From positions 872,651 through 936,650 of the forward strand of contig CAVTJV010000007.1 in the NCBI GenBank assembly GCA_963735185.1: 64,000 nucleotides of DNA, read 5' to 3'. Shown one piece after another: positions 8,772-17,716 of this stretch; position 1 is the stretch's first letter; each line of letters starts with the position of its first letter. A program made the translations under genes and the position numbers. This DNA comes from an uncultured Thermoplasmata archaeon (GTDB lineage: Archaea > Thermoplasmatota > Thermoplasmata > Lutacidiplasmatales > UBA184). Below the pieces are notes generated by a model. It ran no database searches, had not been told where the DNA came from, and worked only from the letters and a program-made list of their open reading frames with translations.

Positions 8772-10064
8772 TCAGCTCGGGTCCCGCCCGACGAGGTCGT
8801 AGAACCGGTACGCCGCCTCGCCGGCCCCGAAGCAGAACTTCAAGGTCGTGAACCCGCTCTTCAGCTGCGCGGCCGCGCGCGCGACGTCCGCCTCGCTCTT
8901 CCCGCGGTGGAGCAGGTCCTCGAACAGCTCGGCGACCTGTACCATCTCCTTCTCGCGCATCCCGAGCCGGGTGACCTCGGGCGTGCCGAGGCGTAGTCCG
9001 CCGGGGTGCTTCGGGCTCTTGTCACCGGGAAGGAGGTTCTTGTTCGAGATGACCCCCGAGTCCGCGAGCCGCTTCGCCACCCGCTCGCCCCCACCTTCCT
9101 TCTCGACGCGCACGGCGATCGTATGGGAGCGGGTGAACCCGAGGTCGGGCGCGAGCACGTCGAACCCCCGGTCGTGGAGCGCCTGGGCGAGGGCGCGGGC
9201 GTTCGCCACGGTCTGCCGGGCGTACTCCCGCCCGAACTCGATATGCTCCGCGAGGCTGACCGCGAGCGCGGCCATCGCGTTCAGGTGGTGGTTGCTCGTC
9301 ACGCCGGGGAACGCGCCGCCCTGCAGGCGCTTGACGACCAGCGGGTCCTCCATCGAGCCGAGGAGGATCCCGTGCTGGGGGCCCGGGAGGGTCTTGTGCG
9401 TGGAGGCGCTCATCACGGTGCACCCTTCGTGGAGCGGGTCCTGGAACTGGCCTCCGCCGATCAGCCCGAGGACGTGCGCTGCGTCGTACCAGCCGCGGGC
9501 GCCGATCTCCTCGAGGGTGGGTCGCAGCTCCTCGAGCGGCATCGGGAACAGGAAGAGCGAGAGCCCGAACAGACAGACCTTCGGACGGACCGCCCGCAGG
9601 ATCTCCCGCGTGCGCGCGACGTCAATCGTCATCCGCTCCTCGTCCCAGGCGTAGTAGACGGGCTTCACGCCGCGCAGCCCGAACGCGCCGAACGACGCGC
9701 TCGAGATGTGGGCCCCGTCCGCGAGACGGCTCGTCCCGACGAGGTCGCCGGGCTCGGCGAGCGCCTTCAGGACCGCCATGTTGGCGACGGTGCCCGATAT
9801 CGGACGGACGTCCGCGAACGAGCACCGGAAGAGGCGCTTCGCGAGCGCGAGGCAGATCTCCTCGACCTCATCGACCTGCTCGTTCCCCTCGTAGTACCGC
9901 TCGCCGGGAAGCCCCTCGGCGTATCGGGAGTGGAAGTCGCTGATCAGGAGCTCCTTCGCGTACGGCGAGAGGAGGTTCTCGCTCGCGATCAGCGGAATCG
10001 CGTGCTCGAAGCGAGTCGAGTGTCGCCGGACCGCGTCGCGGACGCGGGCGACCGTGGCCGCCAT
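8772..10064 (-). CDS. glyA: serine hydroxymethyltransferase
   Basis: SHMT-specific motifs (IASENLLSPY, PLP-lysine region STHKTLPGPQHG). Start taken at Met29 of the ORF, giving 430 aa. Confidence 0.9.
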   Translation of the reverse strand: MAATVARVRDAVRRHSTRFEHAIPLIASENLLSPYAKELLISDFHSRYAEGLPGERYYEGNEQVDEVEEICLALAKRLFRCSFADVRPISGTVANMAVLKALAEPGDLVGTSRLADGAHISSASFGAFGLRGVKPVYYAWDEERMTIDVARTREILRAVRPKVCLFGLSLFLFPMPLEELRPTLEEIGARGWYDAAHVLGLIGGGQFQDPLHEGCTVMSASTHKTLPGPQHGILLGSMEDPLVVKRLQGGAFPGVTSNHHLNAMAALAVSLAEHIEFGREYARQTVANARALAQALHDRGFDVLAPDLGFTRSHTIAVRVEKEGGGERVAKRLADSGVISNKNLLPGDKSPKHPGGLRLGTPEVTRLGMREKEMVQVAELFEDLLHRGKSEADVARAAAQLKSGFTTLKFCFGAGEAAYRFYDLVGRDPS

Positions 10065-10226
10065 CTCTCCCGGGGCCGCAGGCGGGGTCGCGGACCCACC
10101 CACCCCCCCGCTTCCACTGGAACCGGTGCGTGCCCCCTGCCCTGCCATGACCCATCCCTCCGGGATCGACTGGGGCGACGTAGCTACTCGAGGCCATATA
10201 GGGACCGTGGCCCTTCTTCCGATGTC

Positions 10227-10685
10227 ATGCCCCCACAGCCCTCACCGGTCACGGGACGTCCCTGGCCGGTCTCCCGACGTTTCTACGTACCGTACCACGA
10301 CCTCGACGTGCTGAACCACCTCAACCACGCCGCCTATTTCGTCTACATGGAAACCCTACGATGCGACTACTACCTACCCCTACTCCACAGCACCGACCCT
10401 ACCCAGATCGACCTCATCATCGCCGAAGCGGCATGCCGCTACCTTGCGCCGGTGGCGTACGGAGCGGAGCTTATCGGAGAGGTTGCGCCGGCACGTCCGC
10501 TCGGCCGCACGAGCTTCACCCTCCTCTACCGCTTCACACTCGCCGGCGCGTCCACCGTCACCGCCCGGGGTCGGACCGTCAGCGTGGTCTATGACTACTC
10601 GAAAGGAGAGAAGCAGGAGATCCCGGCCGAGCGACGGGCCGTTCTCGAACGCGATGCGGTGGACCCTGCGGACGAAGGTTGGTAG
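10227..10685 (+). CDS. acyl-CoA thioesterase (4HBT/YbgC hotdog fold)
   Basis: YVPYHDLD and N-H-x-N-H-A-x-Y hotdog thioesterase motifs. Only the C-terminal 152 aa of the long ORF carries them. Confidence 0.75.
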   Translation: MPPQPSPVTGRPWPVSRRFYVPYHDLDVLNHLNHAAYFVYMETLRCDYYLPLLHSTDPTQIDLIIAEAACRYLAPVAYGAELIGEVAPARPLGRTSFTLLYRFTLAGASTVTARGRTVSVVYDYSKGEKQEIPAERRAVLERDAVDPADEGW

Positions 10686-10724
10686 GAACCCGCTCCACAG
10701 GAAATGGGGGGGTGGGGGGGCGTC

Positions 10725-11027
10725 TCAGAACCCGGGGTGCTCCGGGTCCCGACGCGGCATCGGCGGGGGCCAGGGAATCGGCGCGATGAACCCCGGTTCG
10801 TCCTGGACGGTGGCGACTCGGTAGAGGACCCCGGTTCCCTTGAGCGCCTCGTGGATCTTCGATAGGCGCTCCTGGAACTCTCGCTCGAAGTCCCATTCGA
10901 AGACGAGGTCGTGGTTGCCGATGATGAACGATAGACCGGCGACCGCGCGAAGGCGGTCGGAGAGCTCGAGGGGGGACACGCTCTCGGGCGTGAAGTAGAG
11001 GTCGACGTAGGTGTGCATGGCCGGCAC
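10725..11027 (-). CDS. hypothetical 100-aa protein (leaderless)
   Basis: ORF with plausible composition. TATA element about 27-35 nt upstream of the ATG on the minus strand. Confidence 0.45.
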   Translation of the reverse strand: MPAMHTYVDLYFTPESVSPLELSDRLRAVAGLSFIIGNHDLVFEWDFEREFQERLSKIHEALKGTGVLYRVATVQDEPGFIAPIPWPPPMPRRDPEHPGF

Positions 11028-11053
11028 GGTATCGTGAAAACGCGGGCTCCCCC

Positions 11054-11062
11054 TATTTAAAG
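11054..11062 (-). promoter_or_regulatory. archaeal TATA box (tatttaaag / ctttaaata) upstream of CDS 10725..11027
   Basis: Only AT-rich octamer in the region. Centre about 31 nt upstream of the start codon at 11027. Confidence 0.5.
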
Positions 11063-11085
11063 CTCCCGCAACGTCCGTCGGGCAT

Positions 11086-11398
11086 GCTAGGCCAGCAGGA
11101 TTGCCGTTCGAACGGACCGCACGGAGACCCCGTGTGCCTCTCGGCCCCGTCGCCCCGCCAGCGTCGACGGGTCACGGTAAGGCTGCTCCCGTCAGGACCT
11201 GACCCGGTGCCCGTGATGGATAGCCGCTAGAGCGCTCCTCCGAGCGCCCGTCGCAACACCCGCGGCCCGGCGGAACAGAGCGTCTGCGAGGCGCCACGAG
11301 ACGCACAATCCGTCCGAACGTCGCTCCTGCCTGTCACCCCCGCTAAGGACGGTTTCGGTGTGTAAGGGGACGCCCAACCCCCCGGTCTAGCCTAGCGA
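11086..11398 (-). ncRNA. ffs: signal recognition particle RNA (7S/SRP RNA), about 313 nt
   Basis: Minus strand reads GCUAGGCUAGACCGGGGGGUUGGGCGUCCCCUUACACACCGAAACCGUCC, the archaeal SRP Alu-domain 5' consensus. Downstream GGUCAGGUCCUGACGGGAGCAGCC matches helix-8 (domain IV). The 5' GCUAGGC pairs with 3' GCCUAGC, closing a roughly 310-nt molecule. Confidence 0.6.
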
Positions 11399-11498
11399 AG
11401 AGTCGACGCCGGGGCTCGTACATAGCCCTTGGCTAGGTCCGCCGGGCGGTTCGTGGGCCGCCCCGGGCTCGCGGGTCGCCGACCGGTCGGTCGAGGAT

Positions 11499-12961
11499 CT
11501 ATCGGATGTGCTCGAGGGAGAACGACCCGAGGTTGAACGAGCGCTTCGTGAACGTGTAGCCGACCCACGAGCGCGCCTGTGCTTCCCCGATCCCCTTGAT
11601 CGCGAGGAGCGTCTTCATCTGCTCGACCTTGAGGTTGATCGAGCCGTCGACCATGTGCTCGAGGGTCTCGAGGTCGCTCTGGGTGTGCATGCCGCTGTCG
11701 AGCATGTAGTAGCTGACCGCCCCGTCGATCTTCCGCCGTCCCACGAACGGCTGGAGGAACCGGAACGTCGCGGAGGTGTCGAGGTAGGCGGTGACCGTGG
11801 AGACCGACTCGAAGATGAGCCGGTACGTCGAGAACTTCTCCTTGAGCTCCTCCGCGTAGGACCGGACGGTCTCGGAGAGCTGGTCGAGGACGTTCTTGTC
11901 CGTGGAGGAGAGGAACCGGACGCCGACGCCGGTCGGTGTGGCGCCGACCGCGCGGGAGTACAGGTCGGCGTAGCGGAGCATCCCCTTCTTCTCCGCCTCC
12001 GCGAACCCGGGGTAGAGCCCCGCGAGGTCCTCCCGGACCTGGAGGTACGTCTTGTCGGTGATGACCCAGATCGACGGGACCCCGAGCCGGAGCCCCTCGG
12101 CGGAGAAGAGGCGGGCGAGCACGTCCTTTCCCGTGTGCGCCGGTCCGTTGATGAGGATCTGCGAGCCGACGGGGAACCCCCCGTAGAGCAGGTCGTCCAG
12201 GCGCCGGATCCCGCTCTTCACCTTCGTCTCGCTGACCGTCGCGACGGCCTCGGCCTGCATCTTGTTCGCTTCCGCCTCGGCGGTAGCGCCGCTCATCCGC
12301 TCCAGCTCCTGGACCCGCTGGGCCAACTGCCCCTCCCGAGCGCGGAGCTCGGCTTCCTTCTGCGAGAGCTGGTGGCGGAGGTCCTCCATACGGCGGGCCT
12401 CATCGCCCGGCGCCGTGCCGGCCGGGCCCAGCTCGCGGCGCTGTTCCTCGATGCGGCGGGACTGGATATCGAGCGCCTGACGGCGCGTCTGCAGCTGCTG
12501 GTCGAACGCCGCGAGCTCCCCTTCCTTGAACTCGAGCAGTCCGCGACGGCGTTCGTTCTCCTCGGCGTTGATCCGGATCTCCTCGAACCGGGTCCTCAGC
12601 TCGTTCTCGCGGGCGACCAGGTCCCGTTCCTGCTGATGGACCTCCTCGAGGCGACGGGCGAGGTCCTCCGCGACCGGGCCCCGCTCCCCTGTGAGGATCG
12701 ACTCGCAGTCGCGGGCGAGCTCCTTCTGGCTCGAGAGGCTGCGGACGTCGCCCTCGAGCTGCACGATGCGACGGCGGAGCTCCGTCTCCCGCTCGATGAA
12801 CTCGTGCTCGCGCTGCGCGAACTCCTCGCGCAGCCGCTGGTCGAGTTCGCGGGTCGCCTTCTCGACCGCGTCGGCCGCGGTGGCGCTGACCGACGAGGGG
12901 CCTCCGGCCGGGGGCCCGCGGGCGCGGAGGGGGAGGGCGCCCGTTGCCCGTCCACGCCCTC
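11499..12961 (-). CDS. coiled-coil + KaiC/RecA-superfamily ATPase-like domain protein (frame B; C-terminal segment of a probable frameshifted gene)
   Basis: Long E/R/Q-rich coiled coil, then GIRRLDDLLYGGFPVGSQILINGPAHTGKDVLA (KaiC/RadB-like P-loop, but GK-D not GK-T/S) and a KaiC-like C-terminal fold. The first 180 aa of the ORF-track product are R/G-rich out-of-frame junk. Confidence 0.55.
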
Positions 12962-13876
12962 GACGGCGAGGAGGCGGAGCTTGAGCTCGGCGATCTCGTC
13001 GTCCTTCGCGCGCAGCGAGATCTCGCGTTCCTTTGCCTCGTGCGATCGGACGTACTTGATGACGGCGATCGAGCCGCGTTTCACGTGCTCGACCTCGTCC
13101 TCGAGCTGCTTGCGCTTCGTCCGCTCGTCGAACAGCTGGCGCTGGAGGTCCTGGACCTCCTGGATCATCGTCGACGGGTCGAACTGCTCGCTCTTGACCC
13201 GGTCGAGAAGCCCCGTGAGCCACCGCACGACCGTCTCCTCCCGGGCCAGGACGGGGGCGGTCGCCGCGGCCTCGGCCGCGGTCGGAGCGGCCGGGCCCTC
13301 GGTCGGCCCGGGTGAGGAGGGGGTGCTGACGAGCGGGGTCGCGGGCACCAACCGGTCGGTCTCGGAAGCGTGGATCCAATCCTCCATCGCCCGGTCGTCG
13401 CCGTCGACCCACTTCCGCAGGACCTCGGCCGACTCCTTCGGAGCGACCGCGGGCCGTCGGTGGCGGCTCCGGTCGGGGCGACGGACCGTGCCCGCCCAAC
13501 GCTCGACAATCTGGTCCGAGTCGAGGGGCGCGGGTCCCGCCGCCGGCTCGGGCGCCGGCGTGGGAGTAGGTGACGGGGCCGACGGGGCGACGGGCACCGA
13601 GGTCGACTCGGCTACGGGCTCCGGCGTCGTCTCCGCCATCGGGGCCGCCGTCGGCTCCGGTGCGGCGGGCTGAAGCCTCGCCGCCTCCTCTGCGGAGATG
13701 CCGAGGTCGGAGAGCGCCTCGGGGGAGAGTTGCCGGGCGGCGGAGGGGGTGGTGGCACCGGCCTTTACGAGCCGTTCGGCCGCATCGAGACTGACCCCGA
13801 GGGCACGGGCGAGCTCCTCGGCCGGGGCGCTGGCCGGCGCGGCCACCGGGGCAACGGTCTCGGTCGATTCGTCCAT
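12950..13876 (-). CDS. N-terminal segment of a RadA-like HhH + coiled-coil protein (frame A), probably the same gene as 11499..12961
   Basis: MDESTETVAP..., two helix-hairpin-helix-like motifs (LARALGVSLDAAERL, LSPEALSDLGISAEEAARL), P/A-rich linker, heptad coiled coil. The frame degenerates to S/R-rich junk after about 12950. Confidence 0.5.
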
Positions 13877-14001
13877 GGACGGGGGTTCATTACTAGCAGC
13901 TCGGGGGGTCTTAATAAGTCCGGGCGCGCACGAACCGGCCGCTCCCGCCGGGAGGTCGCGGACCTCTATCGGATAAATACGGACAGCCCTGCGTCTCGGC
14001 G

Positions 14002-15068
14002 ATGGACATCGACGAGCGGCTGGCCCGGATCGTCCGGCACACCGACGAGGTCGTCACCGAAGAGGAGGTGCGCGCCCTCCTCGCCTCTACGGCCCGCCCG
14101 CGGGCGTACATCGGGTTCGAGCCGTCGGGCTCCCTCACGGTCGCCCACCTCATCACGACCCGCAAGGTCCTCGACCTCGCCGAGGCCGGCTGCGACGTCA
14201 CGGTCTTCCTGGCCGACTGGCACGCCTGGATCAACGGCAAGCTCGGTGGCGACCTCGACCGCATCGTCGCGGCGGGACGGTACATGCAGGCGACGTTCTC
14301 TGCGCTCGGCGCCGACACGGAGCACGTCCGCTTCCGGTGGTCGCACGAGCTCACCGGCACCGCCGATTACTGGGCGCGGGTCGTGCGGGTCGCGAAGGCG
14401 ACCAGCCTCGCCCGGACGAAGCGGGCGATGTCGATCATGGGACGGAGCGAGGAGGAGTCGACCCTCGACACTTCCTGGCTCTACTACCCGGCGATGCAGG
14501 TCGCGGACATCTTCGAGCTCCCGGTCGACCTCGCCTACGGGGGCATGGACCAGCGTCGGGGCCACGTCCTGGCCCGGGAGGTCGCGCACCACTACCACTG
14601 GCCGGTGCCGACGGCGGTCCACACCCCTCTCCTCTCGTCCCTGAGGGGTGGGGGCCGGATGGACCCGACCGACGGAACGGTCGAGCGGAAGATGTCGAAG
14701 TCCGACCCGGGTCCGGGATCCCGATCCCGGCGACCCGGGAGCTCATCGCGGAGCGGGTCCAGGGCGCGTTCTGCCCGGCGAAGGAGGTCGACGGGAACCC
14801 GATCGTCGAGGTCGTGCGCTTCATCGTGATGCCGTGGGAGGGTCGCCTCCGCGTCGAGCGTCCGGCGAAGTACGGTGGCCCGCTCGAGTTCACGACCGAG
14901 AAGGAGTTCCTCGCGAGCTGGGCGGCGGGTCTCCTCCATCCCCAGGACCTGAAGGGAGCCGTCACGGAGGCGCTCAACCGGCTCGTCGAGCCGGCTCGGC
15001 GCTACTTCGCATCCCACCCCCAGCTCGCACCGGCCTCGTTCGCGGCCCCCTCTCCCCCGAGCTCCTGA
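14002..15068 (+). CDS. tyrS: tyrosine--tRNA ligase (archaeal type), interrupted by a 1-nt frameshift near 14709-14712
   Basis: Class I motifs, including KMSKS at 14692-14706. The C-terminal half continues in the other frame (GSGIPIPATRELIAERVQGAFCP aligns residue-for-residue with M. jannaschii TyrRS). The shift falls in a cccggg run. Confidence 0.85.
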
Positions 15069-15223
15069 GAGGGCGGGGGTCGGCGGCTTGCGTTCCTCGG
15101 CGAACCCGGGTGGCCGAACGAGGCTGCGTGCGGCGCATCGTTAAATAGCCTAGTCCGTAGACGGCCCCACCCGTGAGCCGAGGACCCCCCGATCCGGGGG
15201 TTCCGCTGACGCGAGGAACGAAG

Positions 15224-15595
15224 ATGGCGCGACCGATTTACGTACGATTCGAGACCCCGAGCGACCTCGCCGACAAAGCCCTCCAGCTCGTTCAGGTGGC
15301 GAGCGAGACCGGGAAGGTCCGGGTCGGCACGAATGAAGTGACCAAGTCGAGCGAGCGGGCGGAGGCGAAGCTCGTGATCATGGCCGAGGACGTCGACCCG
15401 GTCGAGATCCTTGTCCACATTCCGATGCTCTGCGAGGAGAAGCGGATCCCGTACCTCTACGTCCCGAAGAAGCAGCGGCTCGGCCAGTCCGCCGGCCTCT
15501 CGAAGTCCGCCGCGAGCGTGGCGGTCGTGGAGCCGGGCGAGGCCCGAACCCTCCTCGAGGAGCTCACCACGGCGTTCCCGACCCTCAAGAAGTGA
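15224..15595 (+). CDS. rpl7ae: 50S ribosomal protein L7Ae
   Basis: MARPIYVRFETPSDLADKALQLV, a near-canonical L7Ae N-terminus. GAGGAA precedes the ATG. Confidence 0.9.
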   Translation: MARPIYVRFETPSDLADKALQLVQVASETGKVRVGTNEVTKSSERAEAKLVIMAEDVDPVEILVHIPMLCEEKRIPYLYVPKKQRLGQSAGLSKSAASVAVVEPGEARTLLEELTTAFPTLKK

Positions 15596-15627
15596 GCCGG
15601 TAGCCGAGCGACGAACACGAGGGAACG

Positions 15628-15840
15628 ATGGCGGAAGAGAAGGGCTCGCCGGCCGAGGTCGTCGAGCTCGTCGGCCGTACCGGCATGGCGGGAGAGGCGA
15701 CGCAGGTGAAGGTGCGCGTCCTCGCCGGCCGCGACCGCGGCAAGATCATCACGCGCAACGTCGCCGGGCCGATCCGCCTCGGGGACGTGCTGATCCTCCG
15801 GGAGACGGCGCGCGAGGCGCGCAAGCTCTCCGTCCGGTAG
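15628..15840 (+). CDS. rps28e: 30S ribosomal protein S28e
   Basis: [24 protein letters not shown]...[19 protein letters not shown], the S28e signature. Confidence 0.9.
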   Translation: MAEEKGSPAEVVELVGRTGMAGEATQVKVRVLAGRDRGKIITRNVAGPIRLGDVLILRETAREARKLSVR

Positions 15841-15859
15841 GGAGCGAGGGAGGTCACCG

Positions 15860-16309
15860 ATGGTCGTCAAACGTCAGTGCTCGTTCTGCGCCCAGGAGAT
15901 CGAGCCGGGCACGGGGATGATGTTCGTGAAGCGGGACGGCACCGTCTTCCACTTCTGCACCTCCTCCTGCCGCAAGCAGCAGCTCCATCTCCACCGCGTC
16001 GGCCACCGCTTCAAGTGGACCCGCGCGCACGAACTGAAACGCGCCGCGGACCGTTCGTCCGCCCAGAAGGTCACGTCCGCCGCGCCGGGTCAAAAGGCCG
16101 GCCGGACCCGTTCCGGAGCCCGCCGACCCGTGGTCGCGGCCCCGTCCACCCCGCCCGCCACACCGGCCGTCGAGCCGTCCCCGGTTCCCGAGGCTGCGCC
16201 CCCTGCGAAGGAGGGCGCTCCGAGCCCCGAACCGACGACCCCTTCCCCCGCGCCCGCCGCGAAGCCCCGGCGCCCCCGGAAGAAGGCCGAGCCCACGACC
16301 CCCGAGTGA
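15860..16309 (+). CDS. rpl24e: 50S ribosomal protein L24e with about 85-aa P/A/K-rich C-terminal extension
   Basis: C-x2-C...C-x3-C zinc ribbon (QCSFCAQEI...FHFCTSSCRKQ), followed by a low-complexity tail. Confidence 0.85.
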   Translation: MVVKRQCSFCAQEIEPGTGMMFVKRDGTVFHFCTSSCRKQQLHLHRVGHRFKWTRAHELKRAADRSSAQKVTSAAPGQKAGRTRSGARRPVVAAPSTPPATPAVEPSPVPEAAPPAKEGAPSPEPTTPSPAPAAKPRRPRKKAEPTTPE

Positions 16310-16381
16310 GCGCGCCCGCTCCCCCTCGGGATGCCCGTGGAACGGAATCGGTAAGCCCTCGCGCGAGCCGCGTCCCGCCGC

Positions 16382-16645
16382 ATGGGCCCCGACGAGCGCT
16401 GGACCTCCGCGTCCGACCTCGCGGAGTACGTGTATTGCCCCCGCTCGCACTGGTACCGGCATCATCCTCTCGCCGACGGCCCGAGCCGCTCCTCCGAGCG
16501 GAGCACGCTCGTTGGGGTCCGCTACCATAACCGGATCCTGACCGCCGAACGGCACCGCGCCGAACGCGGAGGAACGTACTGGGGCGTGCTCCTCCTCGGC
16601 CTCGCGCTGGTCGCCCTGGGGGTATGGTGGACGTTCCTTCGCTGA
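16382..16645 (+). CDS. Cas4-family nuclease, N-terminal segment (first Fe-S cysteine motif) ending in a TM helix
   Basis: ASDLAEYVYCPRSHWYRHH matches the Cas4/DUF83 N-terminal motif (compare SSO0001 VTDLVRCPRRVRY). C-terminal YWGVLLLGLALVALGVWWTFL is hydrophobic. Overlaps the next ORF by 22 nt in a different frame. Confidence 0.55.
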   Translation: MGPDERWTSASDLAEYVYCPRSHWYRHHPLADGPSRSSERSTLVGVRYHNRILTAERHRAERGGTYWGVLLLGLALVALGVWWTFLR

Positions 16646-17151
16646 CGGTCCCGGTCCTCGTCGCGGGGGCCGTGGCGGTCGTGGGGGTCGCTCTCGTGGC
16701 GTGGGCGCTCCACGCGCTCTCCCGGCGCCGGGACGACAATGCCCGCGGCCAGCTCGTCGCGGTCGACGCCGGCCGCCCGGCGACGCTCCGGTCGGAACGG
16801 TACGGTCTCGTGGGGCGACCGGACGAACTTCGCCGGCTTCGGGACGGTCGGCTCGTCCCGGTCGAGTTCAAGAGCCGGTCGACCCCGCCGCGGGGCCCGA
16901 CTCCCTCCCACGTGGTCCAGGTCCGCGCGTACTGCCTGCTCGTCGAGGAGACGACCGGGGTCACCCCCCCGTACGGGGTGCTGCGCTACTCGAACGGGGA
17001 GTTCCGGGTCCGGTGGGACGACCGCGCCCGGGACGAGCTCCTGGCGGTCCGGGACCAGCTCCTTCGGCCGTACGACGGACGGGCCACGCCCTCCCGGGCC
17101 CGGTGCGCCCGGTGTCCCTGGTTCGAAGGGTGTGACGCACGGGCCACGTGA
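16624..17151 (+). CDS. Cas4-family (RecB-like PD-(D/E)xK) nuclease core with C-terminal C-x2-C-x5-C, preceded by a TM helix
   Basis: N-terminal TM VPVLVAGAVAVVGVALVAWAL. GRPDEL (motif II D), VPVEFKSRS (E-x-K), QVRAYCLL (Q-x3-Y), and C-terminal CARCPWFEGC (the three C-terminal Fe-S cysteines of Cas4). Confidence 0.65.
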   Translation: MVDVPSLTVPVLVAGAVAVVGVALVAWALHALSRRRDDNARGQLVAVDAGRPATLRSERYGLVGRPDELRRLRDGRLVPVEFKSRSTPPRGPTPSHVVQVRAYCLLVEETTGVTPPYGVLRYSNGEFRVRWDDRARDELLAVRDQLLRPYDGRATPSRARCARCPWFEGCDARAT

Positions 17152-17247
17152 GGGCGCGCCGGTCCTCCCCGGGTCCAGGGTGGTGTCGGGAGGAGCCGGG
17201 AGCGCGCGAGCGCGAAACCTTAACCCCCGGTCGGGCTCGGCGGGCCG

Positions 17248-17706
17248 ATGGCCGAAGGGGCGGTCGAGCGGACCTTTGCGCTCGTGAAACCGGACGGAGT
17301 GCGCCGAGGCATGATCGGGGAGATCCTCACCCGGTTCGAACGGAAAGGCCTCAAGATCGTCGCCGTGAAGATGCTCCGGGTGACCCCCGAGCTCGCGCAG
17401 CGCCACTACGCGGAGCACCAGGGCAAGCCGTTCTACCCGGGCCTCGTCCAGCACATCACGTCGGGGCCCGTGGTCGCGCTCGCGATCGAGGGCCGCTCGG
17501 CGATCGCCGTCGTTCGGCTCCTCACGGGGTCGACCAACCCTCAGACCGCGGCCCCCGGCACCGTTCGCGGGGACCTCGCCATCGCGATCACCCCGAACCT
17601 CCTCCACGCTTCCGACTCACCCGCATCGGCCGAGCGGGAGCTCGCGCTCTACTTCACCCCCGAAGAGTACCTTGCCTACTCGCGCGTCGGCGAGGAGTAC
17701 TGCTAG
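17248..17706 (+). CDS. ndk: nucleoside diphosphate kinase
   Basis: Full-length NDK with the NIIHGSD-like active-site region (NLLHASD). Confidence 0.9.
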   Translation: MAEGAVERTFALVKPDGVRRGMIGEILTRFERKGLKIVAVKMLRVTPELAQRHYAEHQGKPFYPGLVQHITSGPVVALAIEGRSAIAVVRLLTGSTNPQTAAPGTVRGDLAIAITPNLLHASDSPASAERELALYFTPEEYLAYSRVGEEYC

Positions 17707-17716
17707 AGCAAGTGCG

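Noticed and set aside
11054-11062. TATA box considered as promoter of a plus-strand SRP RNA
   Set aside because: The plus-strand transcript lacks SRP Alu-domain and helix-8 (AGCAGCC) motifs, which are present only on the minus strand. The TATA is better explained as the promoter of the leaderless minus-strand gene 10725..11027.
15150-15223. K-turn autoregulatory element in the L7Ae 5' leader
   Set aside because: Tandem G-A pairs (CUGAcgcGAGGaacGAAG) hint at it, but no convincing C-stem, 3-nt bulge and NC-stem could be drawn by hand. Too speculative to list.
16522-17607. 361-aa minus ORF over the Cas4-like and ndk region
   Set aside because: Antisense to ndk (unambiguous) and the Cas4-like core; junk composition.
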